A stretch of DNA of 64,000 nt from Candidatus Omnitrophota bacterium (GCA_028717245.1 JAQUOD010000008.1:2493-66492); one strand, 5' to 3'; shown: positions 1 to 9,933, counted from the stretch's first letter. Notes: generated by a model not told the origin, from the sequence alone. Numbers and translations are program-made.

Positions 1-2103
1 ATCTCCGGCAAAGGCATAATCTATATTATCCCTCTGGTTAGCGTGCATCTGCACCAGCCTGCCGATACGCTCTTTCTTGTTTTTTGTGGCATTAAGCACA
101 TAAGAGCCGCTGGCAAGAACCCCGGAATAAACCCGCACATAAACCAGCTTTCCCATATGCGGGTCTGCCTGCACTTTAAAGGCCAGCCCCGCAAAAGGCT
201 CTTTGGAATCCGCCTTCCTGGTAATAACTGTCTCGGCATTATCAGGGTCGTGCCCTTCTACGGGAGGAAGATCAGACGGCGAAGGAAGGTATAAATTCAC
301 CGCATCCAGCAGTTTTTGCACGCCTTTGTTTTTAAAAGCTGCCCCGCATAAAACCGGCACCATTTTATTGACGATGGTCCCGCGGCGGATAGCCTGCATC
401 AATTCATCCTGCGTTATGGAATCAGGGGAAGCCAGATATTTTTTCATTAAGTCATCATCGAATGCCGCAGCTTTTTCTACCATGATATGGCGGTAATTTC
501 CTGCTATCTCTTGGTAATCGGCAGGAATATCCTCCACGCGAAAATCTTTGCCTTGCGATTCTTCATCATATATGTAAGCCTTCATATCCAACAGGTCTAT
601 GACCCCGCAAAATTTATCTTCAGCTCCGATAGGTATGACTAAAGGTATGACATTACCTCCTAATTCCTTTTCTATATTCTTAATCACGCTGAAGAAATCC
701 GCGCCCACGCGGTCCATCTTATTAATAAAGGCAATTTTCGGCACATTATATTTATCCGACTGGCGCCATACGGTCTCTGATTGCGGCTCAACCCCGCCTA
801 CGGCGCAAAAAACCGCTATCGCTCCGTCAAGCACCCTTAATGACCGCTCTACCTCTACGGTAAAGTCAACGTGTCCAGGGGTATCAATAACATTAATCTT
901 GTAATCCTTCCAATAACAGGTAGTCGCTGCCGCAGTAATGGTAATGCCTCTCTCCTGCTCTTGTTTCATCCAATCCATCTGTGCCTTACCGTCATGCACT
1001 TCACCTATCTTATGGGATTTACCCGTATAGAATAAAATTCTTTCGGTGAGGGTAGTTTTGCCGGCATCGATGTGCGCCATAATCCCGATATTCCTTACCT
1101 TATCTAAACTGATTTTAGGAGAAACATGGGAGACTTCTTTCTTTTCTTTTTCTTGCGGCTCTTTTTCTTGCGGCGGTTCTGCTACGGGTATTTCTACAGG
1201 TAGTTGCTCCTGTTGCGGCTGTGATGGCTCTGTTTGCGGTTGTGCCTGTATTTCTTCCGTCGGCTTTACCGGTTCTTCTTCCGGCGTAGCCGGCGCTGCT
1301 TCAGGCTGCGCAATGGCCTGCTCCTGGGCAGGCGGCTCTTCTGCCTTTACATGCTGCCTGAGCCCCTCTTCTTGCTCCCTTAATTGGTTCTTTAATTGCA
1401 GTATCTCATCCGATAAAACCTTTACCCTCTCTTCCTTATTCTCTAATTGTTTTTCCAGTTCAGTGTATTCCTCGTTTAATTCATTAAAATCTTTCTTAGG
1501 GACCCACTCGCTGTGTTCTTTCTCGTCCTTCATTTCCTTAACCGTCTTAGCGAGCGCCTCGGACTTATCCGCATGGTTCTGGACTCTATGCTTTAAGGCT
1601 TCGATTTCGTTGGATTTCTCTTTGGTATCCTTTTCCAGCAATTTTATTTTATCGTTTAATTCCTTAACGCTCCTGCTTAAATCTACGTTCTTAGCAAACT
1701 CCGCCTCCAGCGCCTTTTCTTTCTCGGAGAATTTCTTCTGGGTCTCTGAATTCTGCTGTTTAATCTTCTGCAGCGCCTCATCGCTCGTCTTGACCCACTG
1801 CTCCCGCTTAAGCATTTCGTCTTTTAATTCCTGGCCTTTTTTTCTGGCTGCTTCTAACTCATCTCTAATGCGGTTATAATCTGCCTTGGTTTTTTCCAAC
1901 TCGCTTTTTAAGGAAGTAACCTGGTTTCCCAGCTCTAAAATTTTCTGTTGTTTAGTAGCAACTTCAGCTTCCTTATTATCTAACGGACCTTTGGGCTCGC
2001 TTTTCTTTCCCTTCGGCCTGCTTAGAGGATCACCGTAAATGCTCGTAGCATAAAAAGTCAAGATGATTACGCCTAAGAAAACTGTCCAGAATAATAGCAT
2101 CAT
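1..2103 (-). CDS. fusA: Elongation factor G (GTPase N-terminal part; C-terminus lies beyond the window start) in one uninterrupted frame with a 341-aa N-terminal extension (TM helix, long coiled coil, Pro/Glu/Gln-rich linker)
   Basis: The frame is open to the window edge, so it is absent from the ORF track. Manual minus-strand translation of 1080->1 gives [124 protein letters not shown], i.e. EF-G G1-G4 motifs. The same frame stays open upstream through [20 protein letters not shown] to the ATG at 2101-2103 ([24 protein letters not shown]...). The plus-strand ORF 1046..1879 is its antisense shadow. Confidence 0.8.
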   Translation of the reverse strand, partial: MMLLFWTVFLGVIILTFYATSIYGDPLSRPKGKKSEPKGPLDNKEAEVATKQQKILELGNQVTSLKSELEKTKADYNRIRDELEAARKKGQELKDEMLKREQWVKTSDEALQKIKQQNSETQKKFSEKEKALEAEFAKNVDLSRSVKELNDKIKLLEKDTKEKSNEIEALKHRVQNHADKSEALAKTVKEMKDEKEHSEWVPKKDFNELNEEYTELEKQLENKEERVKVLSDEILQLKNQLREQEEGLRQHVKAEEPPAQEQAIAQPEAAPATPEEEPVKPTEEIQAQPQTEPSQPQQEQLPVEIPVAEPPQEKEPQEKEKKEVSHVSPKISLDKVRNIGIMAHIDAGKTTLTERILFYTGKSHKIGEVHDGKAQMDWMKQEQERGITITAAATTCYWKDYKINVIDTPGHVDFTVEVERSLRVLDGAIAVFCAVGGVEPQSETVWRQSDKYNVPKIAFINKMDRVGADFFSVIKNIEKELGGNVIPLVIPIGAEDKFCGVIDLLDMKAYIYDEESQGKDFRVEDIPADYQEIAGNYRHIMVEKAAAFDDDLMKKYLASPDSITQDELMQAIRRGTIVNKMVPVLCGAAFKNKGVQKLLDAVNLYLPSPSDLPPVEGHDPDNAETVITRKADSKEPFAGLAFKVQADPHMGKLVYVRVYSGVLASGSYVLNATKNKKERIGRLVQMHANQRDNIDYAFAGD

Positions 2104-2173
2104 TTTTCTTTTAAATTATTTTATGAAACCTTTGCACAATTATAACAGAAATTTTAAGTTTGCTAAGATATTT

Positions 2174-3796
2174 TTATTTTCTTAAAATACTATGAGTAGT
2201 AAACTTATGCTCCAGCGCATCCCAGATCTGCCGGGCATCGCTTGCTTTTAATATGGCTTTGCGGGTGGCTTCATCCGCCATGGCCTTGGCGATGATGCGC
2301 AGTATCTGGACTTGCGCCCAGTCATTTTCTTTGGAGGTGAGGATAAGAAAAACAAAATGCGTGGGCTTTCCGTCCGGGGAGTTCCAGTCTATCCCGATAT
2401 CTGACCTGCCAAAGGCTACTACCGGCTTGACCAGAGAACCTAAGCGCGCATGAGGAAGGGCAATGCTTTCTTCTATTGCGGTCCCCATGATATTCTCGCG
2501 CTGCATTACTGATGAATAAAGCGTTTCTTTGGCGGAGGTATTGCCTTGCTCAGAGACAAGGGCACAGAGTTCATGGATAGCGCCGTTTCTCTCCGTGGCT
2601 TTTAATTCCGCGAGTATGGTAGCGCGCGAGAAGAATTCCATTATGCTGATTTCCTTGCGCCTGTTTACTACATATCTAAGCCACGGCCCCAGCGCCACCG
2701 AAGAAATAACCCCGCCGCAGACTATAGCTACAAAAACGGATTCAGAAATCAGGCCATGCTGCAGGGCCAGGATACCAATAACAATCTCCATGGAGCCGCC
2801 GGGAGTATGCGCAATAGCCACGGGCATGCGGTTTGTCTGGCTTAGGCCGCTGAATATCCCGCCTAACCAAGCCCCCAGGAATTTACCAAAAATACCGATG
2901 CCGGTCACAAAAAGCACCAGGAATATATTAAAACTTCCAAAGAAATCTACCTTCAGGCCTATGCCGGTAAAAAATAGCGGGATAAATATGGCATAGACCA
3001 TCTGCGAGATTACCTGCCTGGTCCTTTCGGGAAGCGCTTTTGCTTCCCCGGCCATGATCCCGGCGATAAAAAAACCGATCAAGGCATTCACGCCTATCTT
3101 CTGGAATATAGCGCCAGAGAGGATACCTAAAAGGCAAATGAATGTTAATGAACTCCCCGGTTCAGGTAAATCGTATTTTTTTATTTTAGAGATGACGGAA
3201 TTCGCAAACTTTCTACCGAAGGTCAAACAGAAGATTATAAATATTACTATCACCGCAAAAACGGCAATGAACCTGTCAACTTCTATATTGACGGAGGTAA
3301 TAAAATGCAGGATAAAGGTAAAGATTACCCAGCCGATAATTTCATTCACCGACAAGGCGGACATAATCAGAAAACCCAAATCTGTCTTAATCAGGTCTAA
3401 GTCATGCAGGGCCCTGACGGCAGTAGGCATGGCGCTGATAGTCATCACTGTAGCCATAAAAATAGAAAAAGCCAGTCTTTGATTAGGATCGGTCAGATAA
3501 TACGCGGGTAGAAAAAGGCAGGCAATAAAGGCAAGCGTCATAGGGACTATTATATCGGTCAGGGCAATGATTAAGGCCTTGCCCCTATGCCTCCAGGCGC
3601 TGGAGAAATCCATCTTCAACCCGGTCTCCAGTAAAAAGAATAAAAGCCCCAGCCAGGTTACTGTCTGCAGCATATTCTCCTGGAGGGGTCCTGCGGGAAG
3701 ATGGATTGATACAGGTGCGGCAGAAAACGGCCTAAGATTGTCGGCCCTAAGAGTATGCCTACCAGGATCTCCGCGGTAAGCGCCGGCTGTTTCCAT
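2174..3796 (-). CDS. Cation:proton antiporter (NhaP/Kef, CPA family) membrane domain fused to a C-terminal PTS EIIA(Ntr)-type domain; the 5' part is frameshifted (see 3658..3891)
   Basis: The N-terminal two thirds of the 540-aa ORF is a multi-TM domain (LLFFLLETGLKMDF...). The C-terminus carries GTAIEESIALPHARL...THFVFLILTSKEN, a PTS EIIA type-2 motif. The first ~45 aa of the called ORF (METAGAYRGDPGRH...) are probably not real. Confidence 0.7.
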   Translation of the reverse strand: METAGAYRGDPGRHTLRADNLRPFSAAPVSIHLPAGPLQENMLQTVTWLGLLFFLLETGLKMDFSSAWRHRGKALIIALTDIIVPMTLAFIACLFLPAYYLTDPNQRLAFSIFMATVMTISAMPTAVRALHDLDLIKTDLGFLIMSALSVNEIIGWVIFTFILHFITSVNIEVDRFIAVFAVIVIFIIFCLTFGRKFANSVISKIKKYDLPEPGSSLTFICLLGILSGAIFQKIGVNALIGFFIAGIMAGEAKALPERTRQVISQMVYAIFIPLFFTGIGLKVDFFGSFNIFLVLFVTGIGIFGKFLGAWLGGIFSGLSQTNRMPVAIAHTPGGSMEIVIGILALQHGLISESVFVAIVCGGVISSVALGPWLRYVVNRRKEISIMEFFSRATILAELKATERNGAIHELCALVSEQGNTSAKETLYSSVMQRENIMGTAIEESIALPHARLGSLVKPVVAFGRSDIGIDWNSPDGKPTHFVFLILTSKENDWAQVQILRIIAKAMADEATRKAILKASDARQIWDALEHKFTTHSILRK

Positions 3797-3891
3797 CTAC
3801 GGAAGAGCTCTCCTAAACCTTTAGCCAGCCCTAGAAGGAGGAAAATCTGAATCAGAAAAATAAAAATATTTTCTTCGCTAAAATAATACAT
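3658..3891 (-). pseudogene. N-terminal fragment (first TM helices, ...LGLAKGLGELFRRWKQPALTAEILVGILLGPTILG) of the same antiporter, in a different reading frame
   Basis: The 77-aa ORF overlaps the 5' end of the 2174..3796 ORF by 139 nt. Its sequence is the canonical N-terminus of Kef/NhaP antiporters. The frame switch maps near the C-run at about 3685-3688 on the plus strand. Confidence 0.5.
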
Positions 3892-3921
3892 CTACCCTCC
3901 CCTGCTAGTGAAATTCCGGGG

Positions 3922-4053
3922 TTACTTGGTAGCCTGGTAGATACCATAAGCAATGCCCGCGCTTACTGCCGCGCCTACCACAGCGCAACCGCAAGTGCCC
4001 AGCGTTAACAATACCAGCATCGCCCAGGCAAAGATTAACTTTTTTTTCTTCAT
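3922..4053 (-). CDS. Small putative lipoprotein or secreted peptide (43 aa, MKKKKLIFAWAMLVLLTLGTCGCAVVGAAVSAGIAYGIYQATK)
   Basis: A GGAGG Shine-Dalgarno sits 6 nt upstream. A signal-peptide-like N-terminus is followed by Cys. It is below the ORF-track length cutoff. Confidence 0.35.
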   Translation of the reverse strand: MKKKKLIFAWAMLVLLTLGTCGCAVVGAAVSAGIAYGIYQATK

Positions 4054-4077
4054 TATCTTCCTCCGTAAACAAAAAAA

Positions 4078-4103
4078 GGCAACTCTCTAATAGAGAGTTG
4101 CCT
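4078..4103 (-). terminator. Rho-independent terminator hairpin (ggcaactctct-aat-agagagttgcc) followed by a T-run on the minus strand
   Basis: Perfect 11-bp stem. On the minus strand it is followed by TTTTTTTGTTT. Confidence 0.45.
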
Positions 4104-4348
4104 TAAAAACACCGGTCTTTCTTAAGCCCGATCGTCTTTCTCATTTCGCGTTTGTAAATATTATAGCGCGAAATGAGGGATTATTCAACAAAATCTTGAA
4201 ACCTTCAGTTTATCGTCCTGCACTAATTTATCGCGGTGCAGATGGCAATACTGGGTATGGTTGTAGATACTCAGGATAATCCTGCAAGACGGATACCTGC
4301 AGACCCTGCCTTTATGCGAAGTCTTTACTTTTTTGATCGATAAACTCC

Positions 4349-4552
4349 TTAAGCTACAATGCGCACATTGATAGCGCGCGGGCCCTTTGGAGAGCTTTCT
4401 ACTTCGAAGGTCACTTCTTTATCCTCGGTTAAATCGGTAAACTGCGCATCCACTATGCTGCTCTGATGGAAGAATAGTTCCCTGCCGTCCGTATCGCTGA
4501 TAAAACCAAAACCCCTCTCACGGACTAACTTCTTAATTTTGCCTGTGTGCAT
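4349..4552 (-). CDS. Cold-shock protein, CspA family
   Basis: KGFGFI and VFVHxS cold-shock domain motifs; 67 aa. Confidence 0.9.
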   Translation of the reverse strand: MHTGKIKKLVRERGFGFISDTDGRELFFHQSSIVDAQFTDLTEDKEVTFEVESSPKGPRAINVRIVA

Positions 4553-4621
4553 CTTAACTCCCTCCTTTTATAAAAAATAAGGCCCGCCTCATAAATGTTG
4601 CGGGCCGTATTTCTTCTTAGG

Positions 4622-4822
4622 TTATAACTTGACTACGTTCGTAGCCTGTTCGCCTTTAGGGCCTTTTTCAATCTGAAATTCGACCTGCTGGCCTTCCTCT
4701 AAAGATTTGTAACCTTCACCCTGAATCGCGCTATGATGCACGAATACGTCACTGCCCGATTCGGGGGTGATGAATCCATAACCTTTTTGGTTATTGAACC
4801 ACTTTACTGTTCCTTTTGCCAT
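4622..4822 (-). CDS. Cold-shock protein, CspA family
   Basis: [33 protein letters not shown]; 66 aa. Confidence 0.9.
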   Translation of the reverse strand: MAKGTVKWFNNQKGYGFITPESGSDVFVHHSAIQGEGYKSLEEGQQVEFQIEKGPKGEQATNVVKL

Positions 4823-4920
4823 TACTTACTACCTCCTTTTCCTCGAAATTATAGTAAATTCCCCTTAGAAATCCTTTTTCTACCTTTACTACCCCGATTT
4901 CTAACGGGATAAATAATGAC

Positions 4921-4965
4921 AGAAACGAAAAAACCGCAAGGTTAGTCATCCTTCTCCTTGCGGTT
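4921..4965 (-). terminator. Rho-independent terminator (aaccgcaagg...ccttgcggtt hairpin plus T-run on the minus strand)
   Basis: 10-bp stem, then TTTTTCGTTTC on the minus strand. It lies between macB and the csp genes. Confidence 0.5.
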
Positions 4966-5048
4966 ATAAGACTTCTAATCTCTTCTTTACTACGAAGCTA
5001 AGTATACCACCTTTTTACGCTTTGTCAACATAAATTTAATGTTTGAAA

Positions 5049-5240
5049 TTCGTAGCCATAAGTAGCAGTTTAACGGGTCCTGTCTTGGCTTGTTCTCGCA
5101 GCACCGTTTGTTCGCCCCAGCGTGGCTCACTGCACTTCGGTGAAAATTCTCGCTCTGCCCGATTTCATTTTAGCTAGGCAATCGTGCCCGCTCGAATTTT
5201 CGAGATGCTGCTCGAATCAAGCCAAGCCACCCGTTAAAGA
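5049..5240. repeat. Copy A of a diverged ~190-bp repeat with imperfect terminal inverted repeats (tttaacgggtcctgtcttgg ... ccaagccacccgttaaag); MITE-like or a structured RNA
   Basis: The reverse complement aligns with 25680..25850 (shared gggtcctgtcttgg, gcagcaccg, agatgctg(c/t)tcgaa, ccaagccacccg). Confidence 0.55.
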
Positions 5241-5294
5241 TTAATATGTCAATTCATAAATAAATCTGGCGGCTTTCGAGCTTACATGAGCGTT

Positions 5295-5361
5295 TAGCGG
5301 GTGACGCGGGGGATGCCTCGAGGAAAATTTGACGAGAGGCGCCCCCGCGGCAGGACCCGCT
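5295..5361. repeat. Long imperfect hairpin (agcgggtgacgcggggg...cccccgcggcaggacccgct) immediately 3' of macB
   Basis: Inverted repeat of about 17-20 bp arms, seen by eye. The arm caggacccgct resembles the end of the 190-bp repeat. Confidence 0.4.
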
Positions 5362-5372
5362 AAAAACTACTT

Positions 5373-7343
5373 TTATTCATACCGCAAGGCCTCGATAGGA
5401 TCGAGTTGCGCGGCCTTCTGGGCCGGCCAGAGGCCGAAGACTATACCTATACCTAAAGAAAAGGTAGTGGCCAGTATGATGGAAAATCCTGAGACAACAA
5501 CCGTCCAACCGGCAAGGAGGTTTATCAGCGTAGATACGCCGCTTCCCAGCAAAATCCCCGCTATCCCCCCGAGAGAGGACATCAACACCGCCTCAATCAG
5601 GAATTGCACCATAATATCTTTATTGGTTGCTCCTATGGCCTTGCGCAGGCCGATCTCGCGCGTGCGTTCGCTGACCGAAACCAGCATAATATTCATAATG
5701 CCGATGCCGCCCACTAAAAGCGAGATGGCAGCAATCGCCCCTAATAACAATGACATAGTCTTGGTAGTCGCCTCCAGGGTCTTTTTGATATCGCTCATAT
5801 TGCGTATATCAAAGGAATCTTCCGCCTCTTTTTTGCTCAAGCGGTGCTGCTTAATAATCAACTGGGATACCTCTTCCTGCGCCGCGTCTATAGAATCCGG
5901 GCCCTGTGCTTCTATAAAAATAATATCCACATATTCTTTCCCGAATACCCTAAACATGGCTGTAGTAACCGGGATAATTATGGTATCATCCTGGTCTTGG
6001 AAGGCGCTTGCCCCCTTACTGGCTAATACGCCGATGACCTTAAAATTGATTAAATTGATTTTGATGGTTTCGCCTATAGGGTTGGCATCGCCGAAGAGCT
6101 CGCGCACTACCGTCGTACCCAATACCGCTACTTTACTTCTCATCCTGACTTCTTCTTCATTAAAGAACCTGCCTACTTCCGAAGAATAAGCGCGCATAGC
6201 GGCATATTCAACCCCTGCGCCTTGCACCTGGGTATTCCAGTTTTTATCCATATAGACTATCTGGCCCTTGCCGTTTACCAGGGGACTGACGCTTTTTACC
6301 GTATCGGTGAGTTTAGCGATATTAACTGCATCCAGCAGGGTAAAACGCGTAAATGTCCCGCTCTCCATCGCCACTCCATGAACCTTGGGAGACCCTGGCC
6401 TGACTACCAGAAGGTTAGAGCCCAACGATGCCAGTTGTTTCTCAATCGATTGTTTTGCCCCGGTACCTAAGGCAAGCATGGCAATTACCGCAGCTACACC
6501 GATTAAAATACCTAAAATAGATAAAAATGAACGCATTTTATGGGAGACCATGGCGCTGGCTGCCTGGCGTACATAATCAAAAAATTCGGTCTCTCTGGCT
6601 TTTCTCTCGTGCTTAGATAAAACAGCGTCAATTACCTGATCTGCCTGGCTATCCTGCTCAGCTACCGGAGAAACCTCTGATTTTTCATCGGAAATAATCC
6701 TGCCGTCGCGCATACGGATTATGCGCCTGGCATGGCTGGCTATTTCGTTTTCATGGGTGACTACAATCACTGTCTTACCCTGCTGGTTTAATCCTTTTAA
6801 AATAGAAATAATCTCTTCCTTGCTTTTAGAATCTAAATTACCCGTAGGCTCATCCGCAAAAATTACCAGAGGGTCATTGACTAAGGCGCGGGCTATGGCC
6901 ACGCGCTGCTGCTGGCCTCCGGAGAGTTCATTGGGACGGTGATCTATCCTATCGGCTAAACCGACTTCTGTAATTTTCTCTTTTGCCTTTTCTTTTAAAT
7001 GGCGCTTACCCGCATAAATCAAAGGAAGTTCTGCGTTTTCTAAGGCAGTCATCCGGGGCAAAAGATGGAATTGCTGAAAGACAAAACCGGCCAGGCGGTT
7101 ACGTATTGCGGAGAGTTCTTCGTCCGAAAGCGCGTTAATCTTTTTCTTGCCTAAATAATACTCTCCGCCATCTGCCCTGTCCAGTAAACCCAACACATGC
7201 ATCAGCGTAGATTTACCCGAGCCCGAAGGGCCCATAATGGCTACAAACTCGCCCGCAGAAACCTTTAGAGAAACGCCCTGCAGGGCCTGCACCTTTGCCT
7301 CACCCATCTGGTAAGTCTTATAAAGACCCTTTACTTCAATCAT
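5373..7343 (-). CDS. macB: MacB-type ABC transporter (fused ATP-binding domain plus FtsX-like permease)
   Basis: N-terminal Walker [25 protein letters not shown] signature and Walker B. A large periplasmic region and 4-TM FtsX-like domain follow. Confidence 0.85.
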   Translation of the reverse strand: MIEVKGLYKTYQMGEAKVQALQGVSLKVSAGEFVAIMGPSGSGKSTLMHVLGLLDRADGGEYYLGKKKINALSDEELSAIRNRLAGFVFQQFHLLPRMTALENAELPLIYAGKRHLKEKAKEKITEVGLADRIDHRPNELSGGQQQRVAIARALVNDPLVIFADEPTGNLDSKSKEEIISILKGLNQQGKTVIVVTHENEIASHARRIIRMRDGRIISDEKSEVSPVAEQDSQADQVIDAVLSKHERKARETEFFDYVRQAASAMVSHKMRSFLSILGILIGVAAVIAMLALGTGAKQSIEKQLASLGSNLLVVRPGSPKVHGVAMESGTFTRFTLLDAVNIAKLTDTVKSVSPLVNGKGQIVYMDKNWNTQVQGAGVEYAAMRAYSSEVGRFFNEEEVRMRSKVAVLGTTVVRELFGDANPIGETIKINLINFKVIGVLASKGASAFQDQDDTIIIPVTTAMFRVFGKEYVDIIFIEAQGPDSIDAAQEEVSQLIIKQHRLSKKEAEDSFDIRNMSDIKKTLEATTKTMSLLLGAIAAISLLVGGIGIMNIMLVSVSERTREIGLRKAIGATNKDIMVQFLIEAVLMSSLGGIAGILLGSGVSTLINLLAGWTVVVSGFSIILATTFSLGIGIVFGLWPAQKAAQLDPIEALRYE

Positions 7344-7369
7344 GGCTCTTCTTTTTAGAATTTAAACGG

Positions 7370-8329
7370 TTATCTTCTTCTTCCGAAAGGCGTAAAAGGG
7401 CTACTCCCGACATTAGCGGTGGGAAGGACATATTTTTTGCTGGCGATCAATATCTTATCGTCCTTATCCACTCCGGAGATAACCTCTATATTTTTATCGT
7501 CAGAAACACCTAAGGTAACGCGGGTCTTTAAGGGCACTTTATTACTCTCCTGTTTTACCAAAACGAAACTCTCTCCTTTTTCCTTACGTAATGCTTCCTG
7601 GGGAATAATCAGGATATTTTCTTTGCTCTCTACTATAAAATCCGCGGTCGCGTTCATCCCCGAACGAAAGAAAGGCGGGACTTTTTCTGGGGTAAGGTCA
7701 ACTTCGTATATGGTCACGTTATTAACGGTCTTAGATTCATAATAGATGTGTTCCACGGCGGCTTTGATTTTTGTATCGGGGTAAGCGTCTAAAGTAATAA
7801 TTGCCTTCTGCCCCAGTTTAACCCTGCCGATATCCGTCTCATCAACCTGGGCCCGGGTAATCAGATGGTCGGATAAGACAACTACTGCATCAGCAGTAGT
7901 TACGGTCTGGCCGGGTTGAGTTGTGGCTACTATTACTTCCCCCTCAATAGGAGATAATAAAGGTATACCCTTATAAACTTCCTTCCAATATTTTAAAGCC
8001 TTCTCTCCCTGGCCCCGGGCTGCATCCAAAAGCGCTGCGCGTTCAGTAGAACTCATCCAGGCCAGAATTTGGCCTGTCTTAACCATATCTCCCTCCCGCA
8101 CTTCAATGCTTTCTACGCGCCCTGGCACAGGCGGCTTTACCTCCAGGCGGTTCTTAGGCAAAACCGTAGCCGTAGTAGAGACAATCACCTCGATTGTGCC
8201 GATTGTGGGACTAATCTCTCTAATAATTTCATTTTCCATACTCCTGCCTCGTGTCTTTACCATGATAAAGACGGCGATAATTGATACAATCACAAGGACA
8301 AAAATAATTTTTAATTTAATTTTGCGCAT
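7370..8329 (-). CDS. macA: Periplasmic adaptor (membrane fusion protein, MacA/HlyD family)
   Basis: N-terminal TM anchor, coiled coil and beta-barrel/lipoyl-like domains. Its gene overlaps the tolC start. Confidence 0.8.
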   Translation of the reverse strand: MRKIKLKIIFVLVIVSIIAVFIMVKTRGRSMENEIIREISPTIGTIEVIVSTTATVLPKNRLEVKPPVPGRVESIEVREGDMVKTGQILAWMSSTERAALLDAARGQGEKALKYWKEVYKGIPLLSPIEGEVIVATTQPGQTVTTADAVVVLSDHLITRAQVDETDIGRVKLGQKAIITLDAYPDTKIKAAVEHIYYESKTVNNVTIYEVDLTPEKVPPFFRSGMNATADFIVESKENILIIPQEALRKEKGESFVLVKQESNKVPLKTRVTLGVSDDKNIEVISGVDKDDKILIASKKYVLPTANVGSSPFTPFGRRR

Positions 8330-9593
8330 ATTCTATCGTTTCTCCTTTCGCCAGGATCCAATTTGCCTCAGCGAGCAAGGCATTGGCCTGGGCATTCAAA
8401 TAACTGAGTTTTGCATTCACCAGATTATCCTGAATAATCGTCCAGTTATCAAAGGAAATAAAGCCTATGGAATATTGTGCCTCGGCGATCTTTGAACGCT
8501 CTTCGGTAGCCATTAAGGATTTTTTCTGCACCCCTACATTCTCTATGGTATCCTGTAATGTTGCCCACGTCTCTTCCAAAGTTAAAACAGCGCTGTCTTT
8601 TGTGCTCCTTTCATTCGCCCGCAGCTGGTTCAATAAAGCCTCTGCCTGAGAAACCTGCGCCAGCCTTAATCCTCCTTCAAATATAGGCAGGGATAAAGTC
8701 AGGCCTAAATTCCACTGGTCATTTTTCGGAGTCCAGCGGGAACCGGTTTTATTTGCTCCGCCTGATCCGGAGAGCGTAGGGGCAAAATCCGCATAGGCAG
8801 ATTTCAGGCTAAAGCCTGCGGCGTTCTTTTGGGCAATGATTTGTTGTAAAGAAGGATTGTTTTTGGCTAGGGCTTCAAAATCCGGCTTTTCTTTTGCGGC
8901 ATCCCCTACAATAAAGTCCCCCCTTACCCGCATACCAGTTAATTGCATCCGGCCCATTTCTTTTACTAGTTCTCTCTGGGCGACCTCCACATTTCTTTTA
9001 GCCTGAGAAATCTCATACTCTGCCTGCGCTAAATCCGCTTCTGCAGTTAACAACGCCCCCTTATGCTCTAAGCCAGATTGATAGCGTAAAGTAATCAATT
9101 CCAGGTCTGCCCTTCTGATATTAAAAATCTCCTGTGTAATTTGCAGCGATTCCTGGGCTTTGAGTAAATTCACAAAAGCGCTCCTTAACCTGAACCTGAC
9201 CTCGCTTGAGGTAAATCTAAAGCTCTCTTTTGCTGCCGTTATATTTTCTGAAGCTGCCTTTACTTCGTTTATGGTCTTGATCCCGTCAAACAACAGTTGT
9301 GTGCCCGTGACTCCATAGCTATAGGTATCGCCAGTCTTGCTGGAAGCGCCGGTATCTGTCCTGGCAGTGGATGCGCTCACGCTGCTGTCTATCTGGGGAA
9401 ATAGCGCGCTTGCCGTGATTTTCTTCTCCGCCTCGGACTGCTTGACGCTCTCTTTAGCTGCGATTAAATCAGGATGATTTTTCGCTGCCTCTCTAACACA
9501 ATCCTCCCAGGTGAGCAGTTCCTCGGCCCGGGCCTGATGCAGGGAAAAACCCAAGAACAATAAAATTACAGAAATCTTTATAAATTTACGCAT
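8316..9593 (-). CDS. tolC: TolC family outer-membrane efflux protein
   Basis: Signal peptide plus the two-repeat OEP architecture. It is the first gene of the TolC-MacA-MacB operon. Confidence 0.8.
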   Translation of the reverse strand: MRKFIKISVILLFLGFSLHQARAEELLTWEDCVREAAKNHPDLIAAKESVKQSEAEKKITASALFPQIDSSVSASTARTDTGASSKTGDTYSYGVTGTQLLFDGIKTINEVKAASENITAAKESFRFTSSEVRFRLRSAFVNLLKAQESLQITQEIFNIRRADLELITLRYQSGLEHKGALLTAEADLAQAEYEISQAKRNVEVAQRELVKEMGRMQLTGMRVRGDFIVGDAAKEKPDFEALAKNNPSLQQIIAQKNAAGFSLKSAYADFAPTLSGSGGANKTGSRWTPKNDQWNLGLTLSLPIFEGGLRLAQVSQAEALLNQLRANERSTKDSAVLTLEETWATLQDTIENVGVQKKSLMATEERSKIAEAQYSIGFISFDNWTIIQDNLVNAKLSYLNAQANALLAEANWILAKGETIEYAQN

Positions 9594-9596
9594 TAT

Positions 9597-9833
9597 TTAA
9601 TACCCGTTTTTCCTTTTTTTGAACTTTGCCAGCATTTCAGTCATATGGCTTAAGAATTCATTGAATTGGCCTGCAGGCATCAGGCCGATAAAACCTCCGG
9701 GCTTGGCGAAAACAAACAGCTTATCGCCGGCCTTGATTCCGAAAACCCCCCGTAACTTAGCCGGTATCACCACCTGCCCCTTCTCTCCTACCGTTACCGC
9801 ACCGTATACCTTAGGCCCGTCAAACTTAGCCAT
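9597..9833 (-). CDS. AbrB/MazE/SpoVT family DNA-binding protein
   Basis: VTVGEKGQVVIPAKLR swapped-hairpin motif. It ends 3 nt before the tolC start. Confidence 0.7.
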   Translation of the reverse strand: MAKFDGPKVYGAVTVGEKGQVVIPAKLRGVFGIKAGDKLFVFAKPGGFIGLMPAGQFNEFLSHMTEMLAKFKKRKNGY

Positions 9834-9933
9834 CTTGCCTCCCCTTCTTTTATGATACAGCCCCTCATTTACCGTAAGTATGATTTGTATGCTTTATATG
9901 ATAAGTATAACTAATTATGTAATTGTGTCAAGG

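Noticed and set aside
1046-1879. 277-aa plus-strand ORF rich in Cys/Ser/Gly low-complexity sequence
   Set aside because: It is the antisense shadow of the repetitive coiled-coil/PQE-linker coding region of the minus-strand EF-G extension, with no start context of its own.
2529-3482. Plus-strand ORFs of 155 and 142 aa
   Set aside because: Antisense shadows inside the antiporter gene.
5329-6189. 286-aa plus-strand ORF
   Set aside because: Lies entirely antisense within the well-supported macB gene.
9619-9855. 78-aa plus-strand ORF
   Set aside because: Antisense to the AbrB-like gene; no start context.
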